IMG/VR virus record: IMGVR_UViG_3300010344_000600
Location: 1-64,000 of that record
Strand: one strand, 5' to 3'
DNA length: 64,000 nucleotides
Origin: a virus
Taxonomy: Duplodnaviria; Caudoviricetes
Numbering within the stretch: the stretch's first letter is position 1; every line of letters begins with the position of its first letter. Both the position numbers and the translations under genes were made by a program. A model generated the notes under the pieces. That model saw only the letters and a list, made by a program, of their open reading frames with translations. It was not told where the DNA came from and did not search any database. Shown piece after piece: positions 31,301-36,000 of this stretch.

Positions 31301-33235
31301 GAGAACGGAAAGCCGATGAAGGATACCGACGGCAACGAAATGCGGCCGTTCTTCGGCATGTACGAGTCCGAGGCGATGGCCAACAAGGTCGCCCGTGCGC
31401 TGACCGCCGAGTACCCGGATGCGACGGTCAAGAAAGGAATCATGTCACAGCGTGATTTCTCGCTGTTCAAGGGCGTTACACCCGAGACGCTGGAAATCTT
31501 TGGTAAGTTGATGGGCGCTGAGCAGGATGAAGCCTTCCAGAGTTACCTGAAACTGGCGGTCAACAACCGATCGGCCATGAAGCGTCTAGTGCATCGCATG
31601 GGGGTCGCTGGTTTCAACGATGATCCGACGCGCGTACTGGCGTCGTTCATCACCAGTAACGCGCGGGCGGCGGCCGGCAATTATCACCTGGGCGAGATGC
31701 TGCGCGAGACCTCGGCCATCCCCAAGGGCAAGGGCGACGTCAAGGACGAAGCGGTCAAGCTCCTACAATACCTGCAAAACCCATCGAGTGAAGGCGCTTG
31801 GTTGCGTTCGCTGCTGTTTGCCAACTTCCTGGGGGGCTCGGTCGCGTCAGCACTGGTCAATCTGACGCAGACGTTCATTACGACGGTTCCCTTCCTGCAT
31901 CAGTTCGGTGGCAATACGACCGGCAATGTCCTCTCCGCAATGAAACTGGCGGCCGGGCGCATGGGCACCAAGAAGAAGACGACCGGCGACGCGGTCCTCG
32001 ACCAATCTTTGAAGCGGGCCGAAGAAGAAGGCGTTGTTTCCCCGCACGAGATTCACATGCTGCAAGGCGAGTCCATGCGCTCCGGGGTCCTCACCGGAAA
32101 CCGCTTCACGCGCAATCTGATGAAGGGTTGGGGTTCGTTCTTCTCCGTGGCCGAGCAGTACAACCGGGAAGTAGCCTTCATTGCCGCCTACAAGGTGGCG
32201 CAAACCAAGGGCATGAGCGGAGAACAGGCGTATCAGTTTGCCGTCGATGCGGTCAATCAGACGCAGTTCCAATACTCGAAGGCATCACGCTCGAACTGGG
32301 GGCGCGGGCCGGTAGGGGCAAGTCTGATGATATTTAAGACGTTCACCCTGAGCTACCTGGAGTTTGTCAAACGGCTACCGCCCAAGGAGCGGGCTCTGGC
32401 CATGGCCGTCCTGTTTGTCGCGGCCGGCGCGCAAGGTTTGCCGTTTGCCGACGATCTGGATGATTTGCTCGACACCATCATGCAATCGCTTGGATTCGCA
32501 TGGAATACCAAACAGGAGAAACGCGCGGCCATCGCCAAGGTGCTTGGCGCGGACGCAGCGGGCTTTATTCAGTACGGGGTGAGTTACGGCCTTCCGATCG
32601 ACCTATCGGGCCGCCTTGGCCTTGGAAACCTGATTCCCGGCTCTGCTGCCTTCAAGCCATCGGAAACCAATAAGACGCGCGACGTGGCTGAATTCTTCGG
32701 CGCGGCGGGCGGATTGTTGCAGCAGGCCATGAAAGGCTTTGAGAAAGTGCAGTCCGGTGATGTGCTCGGCGCGGCCAAGGCGCTGGCGCCGAAAGCAGCG
32801 GCCGACGCCATTAAAGGTCTCGACATGGCGAACAAGGGCTACTACACCGATACAACGGGCCGCCGAGTCGCAGACGTATCGGGATTGGATGCGCTGGTCA
32901 AGGGAATAGGATTCCAGCCTGAAGTCATTGCCGAGGATGCCCGCGCCCGCTCGATCGTGCAGGACCAAATTACCCTGGATCGTTCGGTGCAGGGTCATAT
33001 CCAGTCGATGTGGTCACAAGGGTTGATCGAGAATGACCCGGAGAAGGTGTCCAACGCACAAGCCGCTTTGCGTGACTGGAATGAAAAGAACCCGGAGAGT
33101 AAGATTGTCATCAGCCGAGCGGCCATCTTGCGCCTCGTGCAGCAGGCCCGATTGACGTCCGATCAACGGATGGTGAATACGATGCCCAAACAGATGAAGG
33201 CGCAGTTGCGACAGACGCTGGAAGGCAACTATTGA
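16358..33235 (+). CDS. Giant polyvalent protein (5625 aa), DarB-like in logic: InPase-like + LPD1-like zincin + N6-adenine MTase + Strawberry-notch helicase + two HExxH peptidases + PLxRFG + C-terminal helical region
   Basis: Motifs IENPKGSERSG..YGY..GADGDQVD; FGKWV..HEWAH..ELFARAFE; FSTPP/EPSAGTG/NPPF; GDGTGVGKGR/DEAH/QGTGRTHRTNQ; HEMVH; HELVH; YSPLMRFG. Confidence 0.9.
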   Translation: MANTSVTDIDQDELNQARKALGTSEVDPKELELARKKLANPEMNDPGFVTSIKSGVGQQASALARSAKDIPVIGGIGAFDRLGKWGDRVQENNPMGIQSLSDVIDSPVETLKEGAGNAIAQMPANVASGAAGRVLGGILGARFGNAALGQKIGAWAGMGLPTLAQEYGGIRQTQDQEVANGNPEADDKGRALAGALPAAAVEFGMGPQRLLGRMIGEGFEGSAKQLAAKFAKETAGMTPAQASRHVIKSAGKDILRNGAEEGAEELVQNPLEAWGAHQDPMSSETIDQSLTGAALGFSGGLALGSPMTAMQHAKAKSMADNGLVAETPAAPPSPRGPLSAAAAAGQAAMPTAAPVAPADPLAERVAAMAPTIESKDLIRQMRSDPRFGPETITDALHAWAIGRNPALHPSVRAQALDNLEQLFGPRNFNMGQTAPSADEGVLPGEAQRIPNDPGTGQLAAPPTYPALPASVDTPVDTSAAPVPAPLIDSMPSETSNPSLPATPSIPSVETSPSIPSSTVVPDDDMEAKTLEAFNNVFGEDPSATTSETKPAEAAPSVPAAPDPIAIAEAQTQARVDAARADEQRTAARNLIRDRVAHGYTEIKDGALLNPKTGATHPLNNPAEFLVAHNALRNRIDEAAHTAATSHQNDLTQPSDAQKEAGNYAKGHVEWNGLNLAIENPKGSERSGTDPNGKAWSVTMPGHYGYVKKTLGADGDQVDLYLGNAPHSKKVFVVDQIDADTGKFDEHKAIGNVRDEAEATKLYDAGFSDGKGPQRRGAITEMSVDQFKDWVKKGDTTKALAYKVPNMAPSPKESARSKPRLGESPQEVWAAIKAANGGIIVNGRTARPAIRVPGLTGTFSLANDFTLDKLVAGGKGLIKATREENKAVDAAVDQDRAEVVAMSQWGQHAGDKNGNQKVIQVLHSPSGNSYQTQPNPTQPEENNATIPEAAQAIEAEAQGSEQQPAVENDESRFVAAAAELGLSPFNNNPNIQARYFGPYNRSGELIEKETVVSLNRNPDERVFPYRLMHVNMVSKPQISLVDKRFKTLSDAVEATREALVVAEKNAPTENKDAEVSAEFNQEATESAPGEINTDIAENAQNPVANEDDAQNTASELPFGIEIKSFQHTKTGETKFAVVVPVRTSSEDYQTLNKTAIKHRGRYSSFKGSGAVPGFLFGSNENAVAWANDPAVAGVLKGYEKADETKSEAATPKKPEESNQERSFRKWGENYNTVVNTADLSSVSLADLERADSWADSFIASERRKGWDGGAVNETIINAMAPDVAAIKAELSKRYAERDARLESAKTGAVLAKAGSILLDEYGENEWSLDADLIDDVAARNYVTIRQGMMGERKQAVTPYEIKKRIAEDAKFRAEHPNKSKAEENTPSASDAVPTEATPASIPYQYLLTGELWDAMSYSQHEAIANGYIGGMRAVVHRLSGSKWADIGPGERKSLQESYDKLEQQRESSRKADESQEVARAAAEAEVFEAMRQVPAVINAATNSPHNLDVEIERQVAQWLGDQIHAAAIAGDGDRARALSSLLADNKPVLPPSFFEGLKESLKQAEAIDKEDALAEKGHDPANLAYVKAELQADQKDAFLQGWAHALAGKTKSTLPGNAAAAKGYDTAREWLTTPEGRAAFSGKRAKKLENTGADLRRWFDKQKAKIRDDSDNEAVIAALDLATGRADLMRGMVADLATPGTLRWMEQMRYGVMPFKQWITERGMLQRLYGRVGNTDTARMSLYLEGKAYLKDDLENPDAPRSFFDEIKLASTREQRIAKLRDAAQEYATLMSLLTDGVRAAGTVEEAARALQSVLWGDESQEMTFNVYDQKNYSDTGKLVATLLSHPDRTAWRFAWNGKNLRDQTYSLRGLIDKENDALTTTKKAALVPPRLDHVERTGEDYRGGSNVSPEQFKRKFNFADVGFGKWVNSRQDQDHLNYAYDAFLDLAKLLNVPPESIALGGKLHFTIGALGQGKFAAHYAPSQPHPDGGTVPVINVTNTRGDGTVAHEWAHAMDLTPQERLSVEGDYAHLARAISIIKADLKYAYHFDAVKAGVMRMLGGDAWWKGDKRSAQTDAGRLENARRAIDYYSGASHQLSTYYKEAIKLDGNKTKDPYWSNDLELFARAFEGWTGDALNGTSTYLVNPEWSGEGMVTDKTHRGTPYPLGEERERFAQWFDALAKSMVYDAEIKALRLDALKWAENRPKHGDEWKTALDDLRASLPAILKQVKQEQAEKEATESAARDEARTMAVGDVIRARRMNNGLSSRFPDPLTITAVTPTPDGLGVPRISFMVDDPAGVKPTEHTYTGEFFEVMERATDRALKEAAAAKTEAESSAPAIEPTGTLSDTDYERLFDEAAAELSEAAAEQPESPVTAALPGGWTVEDVKEIQALVNAGKIVLVADEKLGIPTIHDFSGRSAHLGFGTFRLSTPEFEVLFDGGAAMHNTPSGKGYTVVLVNSGTFPYDEAGVKATLQGLLSGTGTAETAIAAEDKGSMPEPDGQPDKKDEQPKPAKKPRPGKLPKLDDQVQKTASALIADAAKMGVKGVDEALTGLVKLFGGGAGKLMSFPAGMDEDTYKSAKPHFEAALKSFQEAGMSLKDLFKWLIEKFGLGIKPYALHFAKESALSTDLGEKPSARLAVSGFVQKQMAKSEAFTSRQLFDEADRAFGGTQAEGKYSPKDAYDAMESGVNQYLLATPFPIAVEADKAADIASLLQDKIRILPTQTRRDAEMDEFQQFSTPPALSYVANWVAAIKPGEIMAEPSAGTGDLAVWAKKAGADLILNELSSRRVSGLKELFPGARVFSENAEQLHNVLPIDAVPTVVVMNPPFSATAGRAAGTRDTMNGARHIEQALKRLTPNGRLVAIVGQGMAADRPAFKEWWKSISATYNVRANIGIDGSEYAKYGTTFDNQILVIDKDGPTQGVVLTGKVARVAELPALLEKIRDTRPQPTRPNRPGESDADQPGGSDLSDQDGLGYQPGGDLRPDTDALGSGKRPKGKGNKRGGRLDQQSGGTPGAAGDDATGDRGAGGGGQSNGNGPDDGNGSAGSSGDATGKSGAELQSGVVGLEAIDAKKNTDEISDSVFENYYPQRLSVPGAKPHPGRLVQSAAMGAVEPPAPTYVPNLPKKVIDKGLLSIAQIESVVYAGQAHNQMLPNGERRGFFIGDGTGVGKGREISGIILDNLRQGRDKAVWVSFNEGLFTDAKRDMTGIGADPEQLFWLGKTKADAAITAKRGVLFTTYSTLGRGGSKKQATADATTGKSKPAKTRGDQIVEWLGEDFDGVIVFDEAHSMGNAIEMRGRRGKKKPSAQAIAGIDLQKRLPKARIVYVSATGATELSNLSYASRLGLWGEGTPFATPIKFINDVSAGGVAAMELIARDMKALGMYIARSLSYDGVTYERLDHELTPLQTDIYNELAKTWQTVLLNVNEALGITGQDMSGDAKSAALSAFWSTHQRFFNQVITSMQTPTVIESMRQQIAAGHAVVIQLTNTNEAEQERQVARAQATDTALEELDFTPRQALMDYVRNGFPVAAYETYVDDNGNTRSRPVVDSEGNLVQDQDAVAMRDQLLGTLEQIRVPENPIDAIINAFGSDKVGEVTGRKRRFVQTRDEDGNLKIVEEKRGSHAAKNDADSFQDDKKPILIFSQAGGTGYSFHASNEVKNQRRRIHYILQPGWRADVAIQGTGRTHRTNQANEPHYALPTTNLKAQKRFVSTIARRMDQMGALTRGQRQAAGQGLFSAADNLESQYAIDALDMFFNDLYSGKTPLNFNDITQAMGLTGLINEDTGGLNTSRLPEIPQFLNRLLSLQTHEQDAVFDEFSKRLDEIVAYAVQNGTFDNGLQTLRAESIVKKRDEVAYVDPRTGAETRYIEVDVTNPIRYTKWKDASAIKGFPDFKGWFKDQHGRLFGFRDLGDRVDAAGKTVRRGAKYDTRGRTIYVDNAADVLQGYRYIHKDGLSVKETIAIPMNIADMPAAWAAEIEVAPKKSTQLNRLVVGVILPVWDRVRGRSTIVRLQTDDGERMIGRLLTTKDAEATLKNLGLGSSVSKLSTAEVLSRILAGEKAILGNGWEISRVKVSGEDRLELKSSSGYFANGDQSILKSQGVFFERIQWNERAFIPMGEQAESVFKRVTESRQVVDLIGSSKKAQDDASETVFSMGSGEVRISTADKAVYGMANEGRSAAEILGFIQASSRNPFYRQLAKLLLKTGINPSVTVGDSKGWKFNAGRDNKYSAAYNPKTDAISLFRPASAERHALHEMVHAATIKALQKQGLSSLKMRALFAHVKKSGKLKGMYGMTDIDEFMAEAFTNPFFQEKLRSVSAPSGMNGLKNAWHWFVRVVSKILGLEQGDETALSAVLSIGVGVMRENKQANNSESTRSGYTESMAKDNLDPDDKEAAFVQSNVEGKSLLEVAQWIESAGAPSERLIASKVIDRLQMLQRAGVALNFKVAHVGDKIPVSLANARGMASYNFGKNDSRIDVWVNGSDVTGKVGMSPYIVLHELVHAATMGAVRLGNYKVAAGTKLAADVADLYAVSNAVNTHINQRIKAAKQGKTKLTPFEQAMFDGDINAFSTPNETLAWALTDAKAQSYLESIPYKGKSAWTAFVQAIRNLLGLSPSSDTALSEVLRVAEALMSDNINEMIPIANATGTAMTVQSSSVQEVATNDDIRYSTSADPSAINGTPDIERWRDILKSPDVLKSLRQQIADQFQSQKTFNWWHRTIGSQYHKAKVDADFAKVYERAQQYLDDTSRLANEAADLAPGLLPKTNNMADAARGIYHMFGDKKDAQAIAGPVFHGTMLEKTFTDDELRNPPEDIFGKPQFAPLTDKQIKLYRQYRATIDKSLDDLAISEMARLSRTSKMLQAPQGLSLRATVAFYREQYEAALENAQTALADVKQQHADDMAMLESAAQDQASNADERKKYAGLREAMKTRQAAELSAAQRTVDNLEELDKGIVGRAGIIEKLKGEGYSPLMRFGQYTVDVFYEDENGKPMKDTDGNEMRPFFGMYESEAMANKVARALTAEYPDATVKKGIMSQRDFSLFKGVTPETLEIFGKLMGAEQDEAFQSYLKLAVNNRSAMKRLVHRMGVAGFNDDPTRVLASFITSNARAAAGNYHLGEMLRETSAIPKGKGDVKDEAVKLLQYLQNPSSEGAWLRSLLFANFLGGSVASALVNLTQTFITTVPFLHQFGGNTTGNVLSAMKLAAGRMGTKKKTTGDAVLDQSLKRAEEEGVVSPHEIHMLQGESMRSGVLTGNRFTRNLMKGWGSFFSVAEQYNREVAFIAAYKVAQTKGMSGEQAYQFAVDAVNQTQFQYSKASRSNWGRGPVGASLMIFKTFTLSYLEFVKRLPPKERALAMAVLFVAAGAQGLPFADDLDDLLDTIMQSLGFAWNTKQEKRAAIAKVLGADAAGFIQYGVSYGLPIDLSGRLGLGNLIPGSAAFKPSETNKTRDVAEFFGAAGGLLQQAMKGFEKVQSGDVLGAAKALAPKAAADAIKGLDMANKGYYTDTTGRRVADVSGLDALVKGIGFQPEVIAEDARARSIVQDQITLDRSVQGHIQSMWSQGLIENDPEKVSNAQAALRDWNEKNPESKIVISRAAILRLVQQARLTSDQRMVNTMPKQMKAQLRQTLEGNY
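18300..18740 (+). other. Inorganic-pyrophosphatase-like (InPase) domain of the giant protein
   Basis: AQKEAGNYAKGH...IENPKGSERSG...HYGY...GADGDQVDLYLG...DEHK...SVDQFKDWV. Confidence 0.8.
22080..22900 (+). other. LPD1-like zincin metallopeptidase domain of the giant protein
   Basis: F.F..V.FGKWV..Q..LN.AYDA..DLA; HEWAH at 22376-22390; YWS...ELFARAFE; YP.GEER. Confidence 0.7.
24500..25170 (+). other. N6-adenine DNA methyltransferase domain of the giant protein
   Basis: QQFSTPP (motif X), EPSAGTG (motif I), NPPF (motif IV) in gamma order. Confidence 0.85.
25590..28760 (+). other. Strawberry-notch-type SF2 helicase (P-loop + helicase C) of the giant protein
   Basis: FFIGDGTGVGKGR, DEAH, YVSATGA, QPGWRAD.AIQ..GRTHRTNQ. 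Confidence 0.85.
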
Positions 33236-33369
33236 AAACGCTCGGGAATATCGTGGCGGTGATGATGGTGGCTGGAACAGTGGCCTCCATTATCGATCAG
33301 CCGCTGATCCTGGTTTACTTTGCGGTGGTCTTCCTGCTGTTCAGTGGGCTGAACTGGAACGATCGCTAG
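33232..33369 (+). CDS. Small two-helix membrane protein, 45 aa (MKTLGNIVAVMMVAGTVASIIDQPLILVYFAVVFLLFSGLNWNDR), not in the ORF track
   Basis: TTGA overlap with the giant gene stop; GAAGG RBS; two hydrophobic segments. Confidence 0.6.
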   Translation: MKTLGNIVAVMMVAGTVASIIDQPLILVYFAVVFLLFSGLNWNDR

Positions 33370-33568
33370 GGCGCGCTGCATCGGCACGTATCTGTGCCGC
33401 CATGTTCTCCAGCAGATCGGCCAGGACGGATGCGGATAGCTCGCTGGTAGCTTGCACAGAAAATCCGCTTCCCTGAGCGCCGTTCAGGATGATGACCAGC
33501 ACGCCTTGCGCGTGCGTCAATTCGCGTACCTGCGTGGCCACGTCATCGTACTTTCCAGGTCCGTGCAT
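33341..33568 (-). CDS. Hypothetical protein (75 aa)
   Basis: AAGGA RBS; plausible helical composition; converges on the late operon. Confidence 0.6.
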   Translation of the reverse strand: MHGPGKYDDVATQVRELTHAQGVLVIILNGAQGSGFSVQATSELSASVLADLLENMAAQIRADAARPSDRSSSAH

Positions 33569-33719
33569 TTGCTTTTCCTTTTATCTCAAACTGAAGCACG
33601 CTGATTAAGCGCCTGGCGATGGTTCCCTAATCATCAGGCCGGGCCCCGAGCAGTTGCCCGCAGGGCAAGGGTCGGGCTGGCAGTCCAAGCGAAGCGCGGC
33701 AGGGAAGCGGAGAGATGAG

Positions 33720-33728
33720 TTATCCACA
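33720..33728 (+). promoter_or_regulatory. DnaA box (TTATCCACA, perfect consensus)
   Basis: Exact match next to an AT-rich tract and repeats downstream of rep. Confidence 0.75.
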
Positions 33729-33769
33729 GGCCGCTTCCTATAGTTCTTTAATATACAAAATATAGTTAT

Positions 33770-33850
33770 GGTCCCTCCATGGACCGTATTAAATCGCATT
33801 TAGTACGGTCCACCCATGGACCGTACTGCTGGTCCTCCAATGGACCGTAC
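33770..33850. repeat. Three palindromic iteron-like repeats GGTCC-N6-GGACC-GTA
   Basis: Units start at 33770, 33807, 33831; the middle one extends to the perfect IR GTACGGTCCA-ccca-TGGACCGTAC (33803-33826). Confidence 0.85.
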
Positions 33851-33854
33851 ACGC

Positions 33855-34487
33855 TTATTTGCTAGGCAGAAGTTTTGACAGGCTCGGCGCGATGCGGGCG
33901 AATAGTTCAGCGCCAAGTTGTTGGTGGTATGCATCGCTCTCGGCCGACGAACTCATTGGCAGTGACGATGCCTTGATTGATGATTTCAGCGTTTTTGACT
34001 TTTCATCCCAAACAAAGCCCGGTCCTGGAATAATCTCCACTTCCGCCCATGCCTCGTCGTCGTGCTCTCCAGTCTTGAGCGATTGATTCAGGCGATTGAG
34101 TTGAACGCGTAACTTGTTCGGCACGTAGTCAATCACCACAAAACATATCACCCGGCCGCCCAGCCGCACCGCCAATCGTTCTCTGGCAATGTAAGTCTGC
34201 CCTTTGCGCTTGAACTTCGATTCTTCAATAACGCGCAGCATATGTGCGTCGATCAGAATCTTAACGGCACGCACCACGGTTTGATGCGATACGCCGATCT
34301 TCTTTCCGATCTCGCGCATGCCAGGGAACGCCTCGCCGGTCGTAAAGTCGGCATAGCACTTGATAACCGACCACACCGCATAGGCGTTGACCCCGATCTC
34401 GGCAACGATACCGGACGCGAACATATCCCGTTGCTGGGTTTGAAATGTGCTGTCTATCTCGCCTTCCATTCCTCGCCTATCGCTCAA
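33855..34487 (-). CDS. Winged-HTH plasmid-type replication initiator (Rep-like)
   Basis: AYAVW..IK.YAD..TG.AFPGMREI.K.IGVS..TV.RA.K.L pattern of HTH Rep proteins; last gene of the par operon, directly followed by the origin; start may be ATG 34469. Confidence 0.65.
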   Translation of the reverse strand: MSDRRGMEGEIDSTFQTQQRDMFASGIVAEIGVNAYAVWSVIKCYADFTTGEAFPGMREIGKKIGVSHQTVVRAVKILIDAHMLRVIEESKFKRKGQTYIARERLAVRLGGRVICFVVIDYVPNKLRVQLNRLNQSLKTGEHDDEAWAEVEIIPGPGFVWDEKSKTLKSSIKASSLPMSSSAESDAYHQQLGAELFARIAPSLSKLLPSK

Positions 34488-34722
34488 TGTTGGTCGCTGC
34501 GCGACGTATCTTCACCTCGACATAATGGCGCTTCCTGCGCCGCTGGTCGATCGCCTCGATCGCCTTGAGCCCATCCCCCCACGTTGGCACCGCCAGCGTG
34601 TTCAACTGCCCAAGACGATTGTACTTGCCGCCATTGGCGCTCATGAGTACCACATCCCCGAGCAGATCCAGGTGCAGGCTGACCATGTAGTAGCGGGTGG
34701 GTGTTTCCCAGCGGCGGATCAT
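34477..34722 (-). CDS. WGR-like domain protein (the WGR triplet appears as NGG)
   Basis: RYY.V.L..DLLG...L....GG....G......A...RR.R.Y pattern. Confidence 0.6.
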   Translation of the reverse strand: MIRRWETPTRYYMVSLHLDLLGDVVLMSANGGKYNRLGQLNTLAVPTWGDGLKAIEAIDQRRRKRHYVEVKIRRAATNIER

Positions 34723-34728
34723 GGCGCG

Positions 34729-35052
34729 TCAGTCAGTTCCTATACCTTTGGCTTTGAGCAGCCGCTTGGCCTCGACCTCCAGCGCTTCAATGACGATCTT
34801 GCGCATGCTGCTTCCCCAGGTCATGCCGCCAATCCATTTCAGCTTGCAATGCAACTTGGCGGGCAAAGCGACGACATAGGTTTGCGTGGCTTCCTCGGGG
34901 ATATCTTCCCAAGGGTGTTTCTCTGGCTTGGTCTCGACCGGCCTGGAAACGGCCCGGAGTTGTTTCGCCGGCTTCTTGGAGTCGATTGGGGCAGCGTCTT
35001 TGGTCGGCGGCGTGACGATCGGCAGCACATAGGACTCGTTCTTAGCGACCAT
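34729..35052 (-). CDS. Small ParG-like ribbon-helix-helix partition protein
   Basis: Disordered N-terminus plus C-terminal TYVVALPAKLHCKLK...SMRKIVIEALE (strand-helix-helix); overlaps the parA stop. Confidence 0.65.
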   Translation of the reverse strand: MVAKNESYVLPIVTPPTKDAAPIDSKKPAKQLRAVSRPVETKPEKHPWEDIPEEATQTYVVALPAKLHCKLKWIGGMTWGSSMRKIVIEALEVEAKRLLKAKGIGTD

Positions 35053-35698
35053 GTTTAATGACCTCTCTGGTAATGGAATGCAGTTCGGCAATTGCCTTTT
35101 TGTTGACCGGTTTGTGTTCCATAACGGCTTTCCCGTGGGGAATGGCATCGCTGAAGGCGCCGCGCTGATGGGCCATGGAGGACAGGACTTTGAATTCCTT
35201 GAACGGGGCGACCGAGTTGCGCATGGTCGTTGCATCGCGGGCTCGGCTATGGGTGGACATGCCATTGAGCAGCAGCAAGGAGCGCAACTGTGGATTGCTG
35301 GTTCGGCGGATTTCGCCCAGCAGCGGATTGAGCATCGACAAGGCGTGAAAATCGAAGTATCCCGAGCGGGCCGGTGTCACCAGCACATCAGAAACGTCGA
35401 GCGCCGAGTGCAACTCGACTGAGTTGTAGCCGGCCACGTCGATCACCACGTCCTTGTAGTCGACGGACAGATCGCGGATCTGGTTGCCGACATTTCGGCC
35501 GTCCAGGATAGCCAGCGGTATCGCCGGCAGGATTCCCGCTTCTGCCCGCAAATGGCACCAGACAGAGGCCGACCCTTGCTGGTCGGTATCCACGAGCAGA
35601 ACCTTGCGGCCCATGCGCGCCAGGCTGACCGCAAAATTCACGGACAAGGTGGATTTTCCAGTGCCGCCTTTGGTGCCTCCAAAAATATAGATAGCCAT
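35042..35698 (-). CDS. parA: ParA partition ATPase, type Ib (short, no N-terminal HTH)
   Basis: Deviant Walker A GGTKGGTGKST, LLVDTDQQGS, VVIDVAG; GGGGA RBS before ATG 35698. Confidence 0.9.
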   Translation of the reverse strand: MAIYIFGGTKGGTGKSTLSVNFAVSLARMGRKVLLVDTDQQGSASVWCHLRAEAGILPAIPLAILDGRNVGNQIRDLSVDYKDVVIDVAGYNSVELHSALDVSDVLVTPARSGYFDFHALSMLNPLLGEIRRTSNPQLRSLLLLNGMSTHSRARDATTMRNSVAPFKEFKVLSSMAHQRGAFSDAIPHGKAVMEHKPVNKKAIAELHSITREVIKHGR

Positions 35699-35724
35699 GC
35701 TTTCCCCGCGATCATCACCCATCC

Positions 35725-35752
35725 ACCATAGCATAATTTGCAAGTTACGCAA
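35725..35752 (-). promoter_or_regulatory. Putative sigma70 promoter of the par-rep operon
   Basis: TTGCGT-N16-TATGGT on the minus strand, enclosed by a 12-bp IR with one mismatch (35699-35710 / 35757-35768). Confidence 0.45.
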
Positions 35753-35772
35753 ATAGCGCGGGGAGAGCTAGG

Positions 35773-36000
35773 CTAGGTATTCTTGGCGAGTCGCTGGACA
35801 AAATACCGGCGCTTGTTTCTCGTTCGCTGCAGGAGGGGCCGGCGCTCTTGGGCTCTGTGGGGCAGTCGTTCAAATAATGGAATAACGAACAGGGCCTTTG
35901 TCTCTGGCCAAGACCTGAATATGTCGAACCATCGCCAATTTTTTGGGGCCAGTACGGGGCTGGATACGGAGCGTAGGTAGAGAACGATGAGGGCGTTCAT
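35773..36000 (-). CDS. Hypothetical protein (75 aa)
   Basis: ATGA overlap with the upstream gene. Confidence 0.4.
   Translation of the reverse strand: MNALIVLYLRSVSSPVLAPKNWRWFDIFRSWPETKALFVIPLFERLPHRAQERRPLLQRTRNKRRYFVQRLAKNT

Larger units (their letters stand above)
33720..33850. promoter_or_regulatory. Putative plasmid replication origin
   Basis: DnaA box, AT-rich tract (33739-33769), three GGTCC-N6-GGACCGTA units, abutting the rep stop codon. Confidence 0.75.

Noticed and set aside
33605-33799. 64-aa minus-strand ORF
   Set aside because: Overlaps the origin elements, lacks an RBS and has no protein-like features
33770-33850. CRISPR mini-array or linear-plasmid telomere
   Set aside because: Units are only 19 bp with 5-18 bp gaps and no cas genes; no long perfect palindrome or protelomerase gene
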